A program made the translations under genes and the position numbers. Below the pieces are notes generated by a model that worked only from the letters and a program-made list of their open reading frames with translations, ran no database searches and was not told the origin of the DNA. A stretch of DNA of 64,000 nucleotides from Phoronis australis (taxonomy: Eukaryota; Animalia; Phoronida): assembly GCA_002633005.1 (NCBI GenBank), contig NMRA01000454.1, forward strand, positions 30,921-94,920. The letters run 5' to 3'. Of this stretch, positions 51,601-63,627 are shown piece after piece (position 1 is the stretch's first letter; each line of letters begins with the position of its first letter).

Positions 51601-54600
51601 CTGCTAAAACCCAAACTTTTGAGAACCTTCTGCGTAGTGTAATTTGAACCATAACGTATACATGATTGTGTTTTGATGTTTAGGAATGGTATTGAAAGGG
51701 AGAGGATAGATGCACTTTTGCACAGAATTGAGCTAAGCCAAAAACACCAGACTTCAAATTTTGGGTTGGGTCTTATCATGGTAAGTGTCTCAGTGGAATA
51801 GATTTAGCTATGTCACAGTTTAATAATGTTGGCCTGAGTGTTATGGTAAGAATTATAGTTCACTATCACGGTGAGTAGGAATGGATCTCTATAATTGAAT
51901 TAATCAGGCTCAAAAAGTGACAAAATGATAACCTTCAGAATTCAATGAACTCGTGACATACAATTAGCTTGACAGTGTATGAGTATCAAGTTCATATGTG
52001 ACAGCTGTTTGTAGGCTTGGACATTGGTTGGTACCATGAGTGACCATCATTGTNAGTCAGACTATGTGAAAAGAAATTGGCGGGAAGCGCTTGCCTCCTA
52101 AAACGTCACTTCCGGAAAAGCGGACGAATAATCAATAAAATTACGAAAAGCTGTAATTAAGTGAAAAATATGTCTAGGATAACCAACCAACCTTATTTTA
52201 GCTCAAAATGACATGGAAAAAGGTTGCCTTCGCCTTTAAGTGGCTGCTAAAACCCAAACTTTTGAGAACCTTCTGCTTAGTGTGATTTGAACCATAACAT
52301 GTACATGATTGTGTTTTGATGTTTAGGAATGGTATTGAAAGGGGGAGGATAGATGCACTTTTGCACAGAATTGAGCTAAGTCAAAAACACCAGACTTCAA
52401 ATTTTGGGTTGGGTCTTATCATGGTAAGTGTCTCAGTGGAATAGATTTAGCTATGTCACAGTTTAATAATGTTGGCCTGAGTGTTATGGTAAGAATTATA
52501 GTTCACTATCACCGTGAGTAGGAATGGATCACTATAATTGAATTAATAAGGCTCAAAAAGTGACAAAATGATAACCTTCAGAATTCAATGAACTTGTGAC
52601 ATACAATTAGCTTGACAGTGTATGAGTATCAATTTCATATGCGACAGCTGTTTGTAGGCTTGGACATTGGTTGGTACCATGAGTGACCACCAGTAAGTGA
52701 CCACAGCTGTTTGTAGGCTAGGACATTGGTTGGTACCATGAGTGACCACCAGTGAGTGACCACAGCTGTTTGTAGGCTTGGACATTGGTTGGTACCATGA
52801 GTGACCACCAGTAAGTGACCACAGCTGTTTGTAGGCTAGGACATTGGTTGGTACCATGAGTGACCATCATTGTAGGCTAGGACATTGGTTGGTACCATGA
52901 GTGACCATCAGTGAGTGACCACCAGTAAGTGGAATTATGTTAGTCTTCCATGATCCAGGTGGTATAATTATAAAATACATTGTACACTGTTGAGATTCAA
53001 CAAAGTTTCTGCACAAGAAGCTGCGAATAAATCTATTCAACTAAAACTGGATAGGTGTGGTCCCATGCACTTTGTCAAAATTATGGCTCTTAGGATGCGC
53101 TGATTGATTTTAAAAATTGACCAGAAGCTGGAAGCCCTTTGGTGGTATAGAGTGTAAGTTTAGGGCAACACTCGAGTTATGGTGCAAATGTATGATTAAT
53201 AAGCATGTGATCCTGATGCATTATGGTTGTTAAGACGATCCGATCGTTCATTGTCTGCTTGAAGTGACATCAGGTGTTAAATCTCTCTAATTGTTGTTCG
53301 CAGGTAGTCGCCTCCAGTTAAATCTCTTCTTTTCTTGTCTTCAGGGTGTGGCATCTATGTGTAATCATGGAGGTAATGTGATTGAGTGTTTACAAGTCAA
53401 CAAGCATGTAATGAGACTTAAAGGTGATCTGCAAAGTAACCCTCGCTTCCTGCAAGACAAAGTAGAACAGTATTTTAAGGTGTGTTCTACGTATTCCTGC
53501 TTAATTGATGAATCTTTGCTTGGTTCAAATCCCTGCCACCCAGCATTTAATTGACTGTTTGAAATGTTGGATATGTGCAAAAACGGCCTAATTGAGGAAA
53601 TAAATGTAGCATTGTAAACATGTTTAGGGTAAGATAGATTTGTTTCATACCATTTTTTATGGCCCTAGGTGGATATAAAAAAGTGCGGAACCGTTCCACA
53701 CACTTTGAGACTAAATAAGATAGTCTCATTTGAGAAAAAATCGCCTTACCTATTTTTACATTGCGTTTCTAGCATCCTTTAGTAGCTGTCCTTAATATTT
53801 AATTTCTAAGTTCAGTGGTAGGGAAGAACTCTTGTTGTCACCCGCATACATTTCGTGGCACATGTACTTTGAACATGTCTAGATTTGAAAACTTGTTTTG
53901 TTTGGTGAGGGGAATTTGCCAAAAACAATCAGATTGAATTATGTTACTGACTCTCATTCAAGCTTGCCTGTATGAGCTACTAAGAAGGCAAGGTTTTCCA
54001 AACTTGGAATTTTGGATTGATTGAGATGATCGGTTTACATTACTCATCAATAGACAATTAGTGTTGTTCAAGCTCACCAAGCTGCAATTGGTCGAGATTT
54101 AAGCTTGGAGTTAAATGTGAGATAAGGTTATCTTGCAAATATATTTAGCGTATTCTTTGACTTTGTCCTTATGAAAATTGAGCTGACAGTCTTGCAAAAT
54201 TGAGCTGACGGTCTTGCAAAATTGAGCTGACAGTCTTGCAAATTTGAGCTGACAGTCTTGTATAGTGATGAGTTTGATGCATCTTGTATTGTTACTGTTG
54301 ATGAAATATCTTTTTGGCAACTTTTGAGATTTAATGTTCCAGGAAAACAACCACAGGCTAACACTGATAATGAGTCCTGAAGATGACTTTGATGAAAAGA
54401 TGACTCACAAAGAACGAGAGAAGCTGGCCAAAACGGTGGACGCCCTCTCTCCAGAAGAAAGAACATTAGTGTTTAAAAGAGGTACTGTTTTTGCAGAATA
54501 AGGGGCACATGATGTTTGCAGTCTATTTGCAGACATCAGAGACTGGATTACCTATAAAATCCACATGAGCAATAACTCAGTTTGTAAATAACCGAGGTGT

Positions 54601-57600
54601 AATAAATTGTTTAGGTAAGCAGGGGGCTACTTTAAGCACAATGGCTGCATTCACTGCATAGCTATGTGCCCAGTCATTTATATTCAATTTGTTCTTTCCT
54701 TAGCTTATTTGAACTATAATTGTTCCATATTATGTGGGTGCATTTTGCTGTCATCTCTGTCTGGGTCTCCGGTCTCCACGGCTGTATCTCCTAATTTCCT
54801 GGCAGGTTGTCCGCCTTCCTTTCTGCCAAATAGCTCAAAGTTTTATGAAAATGGACAGTTTTGCATTCCTGATGAGAATTCTGGAGAATAAGTTGATCAT
54901 TGGTCTCTAGAGGCATTGGAATAGGAGATAAATCACTTACTTAGGGACGATTCATGTTAGATGCAGACGTTTTGGCCTTTTCCGCCAGTCCTTTATCGAT
55001 GAGTGAGTGTTTCCTATTTTTCACTTAGTAAGTATGTTAGAATACAGAGGAGTGTAGACCACGGTCCCGGTTCAAGAGGGGGCGCTCTGTGCTGATATTT
55101 ATGGATTCTTTTAATTTGCAAAGTATTTTTGGGCTATTTACTGCAGCTTAATAATTCTTATATCCTACAAGTATATTTGGAGCAAGAAAAGCAATACATG
55201 AAGCAGTAATTTCTACATATGATTCTGGTAAACAGATTTTAAAAAATCATGGACAATTTGTGAGTACCTCCATTAAGATAAGATGGCTCATTAGTATGCA
55301 GGAGTGGACAGAAATCTGTGTTGGTATTGATCACCAGCTTGTGAGCAAGTGTGGGTTTAGGGTGGCTCACCCCCCTCCTGGGCAAATGCTAAACTCCCAT
55401 GTGTGTGACCCAATTAATGGGTAAACAATGATCACACAACATGCACATTATGGACTGGACCAAATAACATCTGAGGCAATTGGGAACCATTTTTGGAAAA
55501 TACAGGAAATCATTAATGACATCCATTGCCTTTAAGCTTGCTATTTGGCAGCTTGAACAACAGGGATTGATCCACATTATAGGGTGAACAACTGGAATTG
55601 GCTCGCATAACATTTTGAACCACAGAGACTGACCCACATGACAGGTTGAACAATAGAGATTGGTTCACATAACAGGTTGGACAACAGAAATTGGTTCAAT
55701 TAACACGTTGAACCACAGAGATTGGCTTGCATAATAGGTTGAACCACTGGGATTTGCTCACATGACTGGTTGAAAATCATTCATTGGCCCACATAACAGG
55801 TTGAACAACAGACCTTGGCCCACATGAAAGGTTGAACAACAGGGATTGGCCCACATAACTGGTTGAACAGCATGAATTGGACAGATCTACGTTAACAAAT
55901 TGAACAAAAGAGATTGGCCCACGCAACAAAATGAAAAGTCTACCCGGAAAGTATTGTGTTGTTGAGCAGTTACAGGATGTGGTCCTACATTTTGATTTGA
56001 AAGTTTGTGAGTATGGTGCTTATAACACCTTGACTTTGTCATTGCTGACTCTTATAGTGAAATGAAACATATCGTGTGGAAGCCTTGATATTTGTGATAT
56101 ACATGTTGTGTTTAGGCAAGGAACTGTTGAGGAAGCAAATGGAAGAAGAGGATGTGTCATGTCTGCCGTCTTTGAAAGTGTCTGACATTGAGAAAACTGT
56201 GAAGCTGGAAACTGTTGATCAAATGTATTATGGTAAGTGAAGGATGATCTGCTGTATTATACTTGCTTTATATTTCTTAATTTTTAGTGAAAAATTAAAA
56301 AGATTCAAAACCGTGTTTTACTGATTAAAACCAAATCGTTGCTCATTCTTCCGTCTGCTAATACTTCACTGACATTGCATTTAAGTGAACAGATGCATGC
56401 TCTCTTCGTCTGAGATATAATATGGTTCAGTATCAGCGATCTTTCCCTACAGTTGTTACTCGCCTAAAATGTGGACCGCACTTGCTGCTTTAGTAGACTT
56501 TCAAATTTTGGTCCAAATTTTTTAGGCATTATGTACCATTCTCCTGGAGTGTAGAAATCAAGATCCACCTGCGAAGTCTTCGTCGGATGATCTCTCGTCT
56601 AAGTCGGGATTGCGAGTTGCCATGTTGACATTTATTCTGCGTTCTGTTTCAAAATGAATTATTCTCACCCTAACCAAGGCTTATATGAAACTGAAACGAA
56701 GTCTCTCATTATATACAATTTGTAATGCCTTTGGAGTATTCGTGAGTGCAAATGTTTTGAGAAGCCAGCAATGAATAAACCGCTGCGTTACCGACTTCAG
56801 ATGCAGTAAAGGCAATTGACCGGGTACCGAGGCTGTCTGAGCACATGCTAATTGACAGTGTTTGCTGACAGAAGCTGTGAAGCAATATCTCAATTTTATA
56901 TGCTATCGTCACATGTTAGGGGAATCTTTATTTAGATTATACAAATACATTCTCATCATTGTTACTGTACAACTTCTGCCCTGACGGTTTTGTAAAAGGG
57001 CAACTTGACTTTGCGGCCCCCAAGAAGTAATTTCGTGGCTAATTCATCAAAAAAATTACGTGCACATTCTTTGGCTCACTGGTATAGTGACTGTAGGTTT
57101 AGTTTCCAACTTAACCTGGTTTATGTTCATGATGTCCAGTCCCGTTGGCTGCGACGGGCCTGATCGGATTCCTAGGCACTGGCTGGGATAACAAGTGTTT
57201 TGTGTGTTTAGAACTGAAAAAAAATTGCAAGTCTTTAAAGTACAACACACACCTATCTTTCATGTCTGTATTTGGGTGTCATTCTCCTTTAAGCTGGTCA
57301 TAGCTTACAATCACTCAAAGGAATTAACAGGTCTAATTTCTCCGAAAGTCGACCGTTTTTCTACATTCAAAGTTTTTTGGTGAAAATATTTCATACAAAA
57401 CACAATCTGTTTCACAACATTTCTTGAGTCATTTGCAAATAATATTTTTAAATATGGGTCAGCCTCAGGCCCACTGTTTACAACATAATTGTTGCATTAT
57501 GTGATGTTACCAGATGAAGGCAGACAATACGGGAGCTGAACTATGTAAACATTGGGTTGCCAGTGTCAAACTGATAAGGACAAGGCTGTGTCCTGACTGG

Positions 57601-60600
57601 CTGACCAGGCAGACAGGATACCCATTCTACTGTGTAGGTGTATAGCAGTTGTCCACAGTTACATAGCATTTCTTTGTTCCAGAGAACTGGATGGGCAAAT
57701 CGTTTTAATATCTGTTTGTAACCTAAAACCGTATTTATATGTTTATCTCAGGCTCTGCAGTTTTGTGTCTAATTTGTGCACAGTTACTGTAGTTCAGTGT
57801 TCTCTGTACGACACGGGACAATCCGAAGGCTCTTTCATACTAACGTTAACGCGTCGATGTTTTGGGGAATTGTAATCAGTATGAATGGCTAACTTCGGTT
57901 CTGAATCAAAGTTAACAGTGCCAGTTATCTTTGCAGTAAACAGATGGCTGCGGTGCGAAGTTATCACCAGGGGCCACTGCTATCGTCAACAGTTAAAGGG
58001 CATTGTCACTGCTAATAGTTGCTTACATTTTGCTCAAATATTCAATCAAAGTAAAAAATAAGTTTTATGTCAGTTAACACATGTTCTCAAATTGTCAAAT
58101 TATAGAAATCTTAGTGTGATGGAATTCTTCAGTGCTACCTTGCAACAACTTTGATGATGACGGTGCCACCTACCGTTAACTTCAATTAACTACTGAAGCT
58201 GGTATATATGGTTCAATTAACTTCAATGTTCACATCAACGCTCCGCTCATACTAGAGTTAAGTTAATATGACGTGGCTTTTATACTATTTACAGATGTCT
58301 ACTTGCTCATCCATTAATGTAATAAGTTACTGTGAATTGCTTTCACTTGCCTTTTCTGTGATTGTAATGGCTGAGCTGTGCTTGTAAATTCATAATTATT
58401 TGCTTGTCTTTGTGTGCCCTGGTTCAGCTGCTAATTTTCTTTTTTCATGCAAATTTGGTCACAGTTAATAGCAAGCTTGTTTTTTCAGATAAAGTCCCTA
58501 TACAACTAAATGAACAACCAACCAATGGAGTGACCTATTTCAGAGCTCTCGCAAACATCAACACCCTCCCAGTGGAACTTCAACAATACATCCCTCTGTT
58601 CTGCACCGTGTGTACAAGGTACAGTAATTAGTATGTTTGGCCACCGATCTCTGGTGTCGCTGTTTTACTGAAAACCAAAGCAAAAGTCAACAATTTTAGT
58701 ACTGAAACTAATTAAAATTTAGTACTTGGCAGATTGGAGCATCAATGGTTACTTTGAAAACTGAAACTTTGCCTTATTTCCTTGGTGTATTTTCCAATTC
58801 AGTCAACTAGAACATCTGCTCGAATTTGAGCTCAAGTTGACAACGTGGCATTGTAACTTGTATTCATGTTGCAATCACTGTCTGGTTCTAATTGTCAGTC
58901 AACATGTCTTGAAGCTGTGAATTTGGTGAAAGAATTGCAAATAATTGAAAAACCAAAATGAAAGTTCCATATTTTTTGATTTTTATTTCACATCATTGTA
59001 ACCTGAAAGTCAATGAAATCCAAATTGCTACACTTATGAAAAGAAGTGCTAAGTGCTGACTTCATTTTTCATTCTTTAATTCATTCTGTTTGTAACATGC
59101 ATGATTAGTCAGTGGTATCTGTATTGTAGTTTTGTGCACAAACCATATTTAAATCTTGCAAATGAGAAAACTTATTAAATAAAGTGTAGCTGAACCAGCT
59201 TACCTCAGTTTTTTATATCGAGACTACTGTTTATTTGCTCAGCCTATACCACTCAGTATCAAAGAACTAGATACAAACCTTATATACGCCAAACAAGCCT
59301 TGTTCAATGCTATAACCCACAGCAGAGATGTGTACCAAATCTTCAAAGGCTGGCCATGAAGTGGGTAGGGAACACGTAGGCCCTCGTATGATTGGTAAGG
59401 GGCTCCAATACTTCCCTTGGCTTTCCATACTAATTTCCTGTGTATTTTAAACAGGCGGGAGGCGAAATCCGCTCACTGATTAAGAGTCTTCACCTTGTCA
59501 AAAATATACTCTACACTTAAAATCATCATTAAGAAATGCTTATTTTCTTTACTGATCCTTTCTGCTTCTACGTACTATTATATATCTTTGATGAAGCGTA
59601 GCTACGAGAATTAGGATGACTTGGCGAAGAATTGCAGGTCCATTTTAACTTTTTCATCGTGTGCGTGCGATTACCCCTAAATGAGTCATGTGAGACAAAT
59701 GCTAGCACGAGACTGCGTGTACAAAGCGCCTGACACTAGCGCTTGACGCGAACTAGCATGGGTAGATATCCAGGTGAAATTCGTAAGATATGTGTCCCTT
59801 GGAGTTTTGTTCGTCGACAAGCCTGATTTCACGTAGCTTCCTCCAAATGGCACCTGGATGAGAGGAACTAGAGCAAAACTTTGATAGATTTTTATGAATA
59901 TGTTAAAGTAGTGTTGACTAAATTGTATCCAGAGTCATGGTATGTGTTAAATATAAGTCCATGCATAATGCATGTTTCATTCGATTTATTTGCTCTATTT
60001 TGAAATGAGTAACTTTTAAGGGGATGTACTATCGCCCATGTATGTCTATGGCATTCGGGGTGATGTACTTGCCCATGAGTTCAGTGACTGTCAGAAAATC
60101 AAGATGCTCATCTCAAAGTCCACAGTCACTCTTTTTTAAATTGTGTGCTTTTCAGAAATCATTTGTCCATTTATTTTTCAACTTGGTTTGGTGTCACATG
60201 ATATCCACCTTTACTGACTCACTTAGTGTGATGTATACACACTGACTTACTTAATATGATGTATGCACACTGACTTACTTAGTATGATGTATGCACACTG
60301 ACTTACTTAGTATGATGTGTGCACACTGACTTACTTAGTATGATGTGTGCACACTGACTTACTTAGTATGATGTATGCACACTGACTTACTTAGTATGAT
60401 GTATACACACTGACTTACTTAGTATGATGTATCTGTATACACACTGACTCACTTAATATGATGTGTGCACACTGACTTACTTAGTATGATGTATACACAC
60501 TGACTTACTTAGTATGATGTAACTGTATACACACTGACTCACTTAATATGATGTGTGCACACTGACTCACTTAGTATGATGTATACACACTTTCTTATTT

Positions 60601-63542
60601 AGTTTTGATGTATGCACACTGACTTCCTTAATTCGTGTTTATTGAGTTGAAGAGCTTTATCCCTCACTTCATGTTTGATATCTTCTTAAACATAATAGAC
60701 ACCGTAGATACACCAGTCTACTGAGTGTTGGTGCATTTAGCAGTTACTTCCTTTTATAGAATGGGTGCCGGTGCAATGGATTTTAAAGAATTAGCCCACC
60801 AGGTGGAGCTGAAGACAGGAGGTCTATCTGCGACTCCTCATGTTCATGAGAATAATTCTAACTTGGAATCATTTGAACTCGTGAGTATTGTTACATTGAA
60901 ACTGAATATTCTCTGCAATGCATTTCAGCGAGTAAATGTGGCAAATATGTTTATAACTCTGTGAAAATGTGAACAAATCACAACACTGCGACAAAATGAT
61001 CAATCAAAGAACAGCTAATACTGAACTTTTGACTCGTTGCATAACATCCCAGGGGTCGTCTGCAGAAAGGAAATTTGAGAATACTAAAAACAAACTTGTT
61101 AAGGACTCGCGTAGCACTGATAAACATGTAGAGCTCAATAAAGACAAACTAGAAAACACAATATGCCAACTTAAGTCACAATGTCTAATAAAGTTCAAAG
61201 GTCAATTGAGTCTATCTGATGACACGATATCCTATTCCAGACTGTTGCCTAGAGAAGGTATCGTGTGCATGCCAGAAGCATTGCAACAGTAGACGATGCA
61301 AATGCAAGAAATCTGTATTACGATGCACGTCATTGTGCACACGCCAGCAGCACATTCAAGATAAGATCCCTTGTATGAAATAAAATTACAGTTTCATTTT
61401 AATTGATTCATGCATGTAAAAACTACCAAAATATGAATGCTGGCTTGAAAACAATCCATACAACTGAGAATCTAATGATAAGCGTTGATATTGTAAGTAA
61501 CAGTAAGTAGTTTTGATTTTTTATGAATTGGATGATTACACAATATTGTGAAAATTTGGCCAAAATAGTGAGACCTTCTGAATGAGCATTGCAGACTAAC
61601 AACTCTATGTTTTCCACAGTCTGTAAGATTATACGTCAGATTCTGTTACCAAAACATATGAAATTGCTTCAAAAGTTTCTTATGTTTGCTGACCAAGAAG
61701 GCATTAAGTAAAAACACCTCATTTTTCAAATTTGCCTGCAGGTGCACAAAGTTATGAATAATGAAAATTGCATTTCATGGTAATGGCAGCACCTAATTTG
61801 CATAATTAGTTTTTTGGATTGTCAGCAATTTTTTAGTTTGCATATTATTTGATGTTAATTGCTTAAAGAAGTGTTGATAAGAAGTGTACAGGTGAAAATA
61901 CAATTTACCTTGTGTCAAGCAAGGGGACATTGTGCTTGGAGGCAAAATTTATAAAGTGAGATAGTGCGCCTAGAGCGGGACAGTTGACAAGTACAGTGTT
62001 CGCTGTACGCTGTCAGCAAGACAAAGTATTGAAGGATTAGATTCTTTTACAAAGTAGATATTACTTTTCATTTTTTGAAATTTTATTTTACAGATGTAAT
62101 ATTATGTAAATGCAGCAATAGATAGCATTACTGCTCATAAATGGATACAAGTAAATATTGGACAAATGAATGGTTGAAACAAAACCCCCTGGCATGTAGT
62201 TTGATAGGTTGTCGAAATTGGTTTTAAGACTGGAGCTGAAAAAATATCGAATGCCAGGCTGTTCTTGGCATCCAGCCCGGGCCATAGGTCAGTGCGTGTA
62301 GTTGTCGAACTTGTTGACGGATTTTGCCGAGAAAACGCTGGAAGTTGGAATCGTACCTCATGAGTCTCATATCATGAACAAAATTAATAACAAAATGAAA
62401 ATGAAGAAATGGAATTAGTCTTGGTTTGATAACCAACATCTCTTGATCAAAATTCAGTTTAGCAGACAGCCGGATATTGCCCTTGCAAACTCTCATGACA
62501 AATTTTGGGGTCGCAAACTCCAAATAGGGTTATAATAGATCACATGCGGGAGATGGCATTCCAGACCTAAAATTGTAGGTCAAAGGCAATGTCTGTATTT
62601 TTCTTATTTTTGTTTGACATTAACATTGATTGTATGTCAGTGGGGCAATGAGTCAATATGGAAATGTATCAAGTTAGACTCAGACAGTATTTTCTTCAAG
62701 ATTCTTGTGTTTGTGCCAGCTTTATACCAATAACACCGGTAGTGAAATGAGTAATGCTTTTTGTGTTGAATAGAGTAGGCAGACATTGTGGCAACTATAA
62801 ATATGGTCCCAGCTGTTGGTTGGGGCCTTGCTTTGAATAACACAGGTCCCCATTGTATATAATATGGGCACTGTTGTGTAACACGTGCCCCTGCTGTGTA
62901 TAAGACATGCCCCTACTGTGAATGACACATGGTCTTGCTGTATATAACAACATGCCCTTGTTGTGTACAACACAGGCCCATGTCCTGTATTACAGGGGTC
63001 CCTGATTTGTATAGCAGGGAATCCCTGTTGTGTGGACCGCAGACCATTGCTGTGTATCACATTGGTCATTGCTGTTCATAAAGTGCATCCCGCCTGCTTG
63101 AAACACATTCCCGACGCTGATGTTTACAAAACTGGTCCACGATATTAACAAGAGAGGCCAGCTATTATTTGCAACATTTTCTCGTGTTGTTCATGACATG
63201 GGCGCCTGGTATATATCATGAAGTGACTACTTCATAATTTGTCAGAGTTGCCATGACGACACTAAAGTGGAGTTAATCTGACCATGCTATTCTTCACAGG
63301 GCGTTCTGCTCTCATCTTACTGCCTGGACACCAATGTTGATGATATGTATCACTTGTGGTCGGAAATTTTCAACCATCTGTATCTCACTGACCACAACAG
63401 GCTGCAGACACTCATCCAGATGACCGCTGCCGACATGGCCTCCTCTCTGTCTGACAGTGGACATAGCTTCGCCATGGCCCATGCCAGCAGTCATGTGCAC
63501 CCAGCCTACCGGCTTAAGGAGTTGTTTGGAGGAGTGACACAG
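30591..63542 (+). CDS. PITRM1: Presequence protease, mitochondrial (pitrilysin metallopeptidase 1, M16C); 18 coding exons, 737 codons, gene continues beyond the window
   Basis: HILEH zinc motif, [69 protein letters not shown]. All exon phases are compatible and all introns are GT-AG. Confidence 0.97.
30821..30917 (+). CDS. PITRM1: PITRM1 exon 2
   Basis: PVEQRL...[13 protein letters not shown]|gtaagg. Confidence 0.9.
31463..31569 (+). CDS. PITRM1: PITRM1 exon 3
   Basis: [36 protein letters not shown]. Confidence 0.95.
33274..33425 (+). CDS. PITRM1: PITRM1 exon 4 (HXXEH active site)
   Basis: [23 protein letters not shown]...FMNAMT. Confidence 0.97.
34226..34340 (+). CDS. PITRM1: PITRM1 exon 5
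   Basis: [37 protein letters not shown]. Confidence 0.95.
34720..35460 (+). mobile_element. Truncated non-LTR retrotransposon 3' end with RNase H, in PITRM1 intron 5
   Basis: IIVATDGS...[13 protein letters not shown]...LLTDSLSLI...[19 protein letters not shown]. Confidence 0.8.
36080..36382. repeat. Minisatellite, 39-bp unit with internal hairpin agtcaccagggtgact, about 8 copies
   Basis: tgactacttcaagatggcatgattagtcaccagggtgac repeated head to tail with no spacers. Confidence 0.95.
38146..38520. repeat. Interspersed repeat, second copy at about 62180-62530
   Basis: Shared cctggcatgt.gtttgataggttgtc.aa.tggtt.taagactgga and acaaaatgaaaatgaa. Confidence 0.7.
38562..38658 (+). CDS. PITRM1: PITRM1 exon 6
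   Basis: [32 protein letters not shown]. Confidence 0.95.
38811..39242. mobile_element. Palindromic MITE derived from the Kolobok element at 25186-26288
   Basis: Same TIR sequence (aggcaaaggcaac...ggttgccttcacct|ttaa); near-complete foldback. Confidence 0.9.
39688..39912. repeat. Minisatellite, 38-bp unit, about 6 copies
   Basis: ttgcttgaggtcaatataacctttatatgcctaaacca. Confidence 0.92.
41348..41460. repeat. Tandem repeat, 44-bp unit, about 2.5 copies
   Basis: ccactgtatgaagtgagttcacttgtgatattaacagggttcac. Confidence 0.85.
42331..42491 (+). CDS. PITRM1: PITRM1 exon 7
   Basis: SNSQNIF...[29 protein letters not shown]. Confidence 0.95.
43152..43278 (+). CDS. PITRM1: PITRM1 exon 8
   Basis: [13 protein letters not shown]...[10 protein letters not shown]. 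Confidence 0.95.
43708..44310. repeat. GC-rich degenerate roughly 15-bp minisatellite (gtgcaccatgggtgc / gggtaccaaggga); 44174-44420 repeats 43925-44172 across an N
   Basis: Read directly; explains the Cys/His/Val-rich ORFs on both strands. Confidence 0.9.
45889..45977 (+). CDS. PITRM1: PITRM1 exon 9 (identical second copy at 46322-46410 after an N join)
   Basis: [30 protein letters not shown]. Confidence 0.92.
46192..46750. repeat. 31-bp minisatellite (taggtcacacctgaagtcacaggcattacta), present in both copies of an N-joined duplicated block
   Basis: Arrays at 46192-46292 and about 46625-46749. Confidence 0.9.
49137..49672. repeat. 19-bp minisatellite (cactgactctgtagttgtc) spanning an N gap at 49428-49596
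   Basis: Read directly. Confidence 0.95.
50043..50171 (+). CDS. PITRM1: PITRM1 exon 10
   Basis: [43 protein letters not shown]. Confidence 0.95.
50769..50882 (+). CDS. PITRM1: PITRM1 exon 11
   Basis: [17 protein letters not shown]...TFHSVIK. Confidence 0.93.
51160..51350. repeat. Roughly 50-bp tandem repeat, about 4 copies
   Basis: gagtactatggtgcaccttagtagtgacacattgtcagtgtgattgatct. Confidence 0.85.
51684..51780 (+). CDS. PITRM1: PITRM1 exon 12 (variant second copy at 52327-52423)
   Basis: [32 protein letters not shown]. Confidence 0.93.
52055..52235. mobile_element. Right arm of a third Kolobok-MITE copy, truncated by the contig join at N52054
   Basis: agtcagactat.tgaaaagaaattggcg...ggttgccttcgcct|ttaa. 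Confidence 0.9.
52644..52930. repeat. 59-bp minisatellite
   Basis: acagctgtttgtaggcttggacattggttggtaccatgagtgaccaccagtaagtgacc. Confidence 0.9.
53345..53479 (+). CDS. PITRM1: PITRM1 exon 13
   Basis: [11 protein letters not shown]...[14 protein letters not shown]. Confidence 0.93.
54175..54260. repeat. 22-bp tandem repeat, 4 copies
   Basis: aaattgagctgacagtcttgca. Confidence 0.85.
54343..54481 (+). CDS. PITRM1: PITRM1 exon 14
   Basis: [16 protein letters not shown]...[13 protein letters not shown]. Confidence 0.93.
55550..55930. repeat. Degenerate roughly 32-bp minisatellite
   Basis: Variants of ggttgaacaacagggattggcccacataaca. Confidence 0.8.
56116..56232 (+). CDS. PITRM1: PITRM1 exon 15
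   Basis: [24 protein letters not shown]. Confidence 0.93.
58489..58618 (+). CDS. PITRM1: PITRM1 exon 16
   Basis: [18 protein letters not shown]...[11 protein letters not shown]. Confidence 0.95.
60212..60630. repeat. 28-bp minisatellite
   Basis: cacactgacttacttagtatgatgtatg. Confidence 0.92.
60760..60880 (+). CDS. PITRM1: PITRM1 exon 17
   Basis: [23 protein letters not shown]...FEL. Confidence 0.95.
63300..63542 (+). CDS. PITRM1: PITRM1 exon 18
   Basis: [10 protein letters not shown]...LWSEIFN...[14 protein letters not shown]...ELFGGVTQ|gtaaat. Confidence 0.93.
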
Positions 63543-63567
63543 GTAAATATTAAGAAAGTTTTGATTA

Positions 63568-63627
63568 AAAACCAGACGATCGCCGCACAAATGAAGAAGT
63601 TCATTTGTGCGGCGATCGTCTGGTTTT
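63568..63627. repeat. Perfect 28-bp inverted repeat with 4-nt loop
   Basis: aaaaccagacgatcgccgcacaaatgaa-gaag-ttcatttgtgcggcgatcgtctggtttt. Confidence 0.95.

Noticed and set aside
46322-52423. Duplicated PITRM1 exons 9 and 12 as mutually exclusive exons
   Set aside because: Flanking introns are near-identical and each duplication abuts a single-N contig join, which fits haplotype overlap.
60969-61292. 107-aa Lys-rich ORF after exon 17
   Set aside because: Non-ATG start, no motif, and exon 17 joins exon 18 in frame without it.
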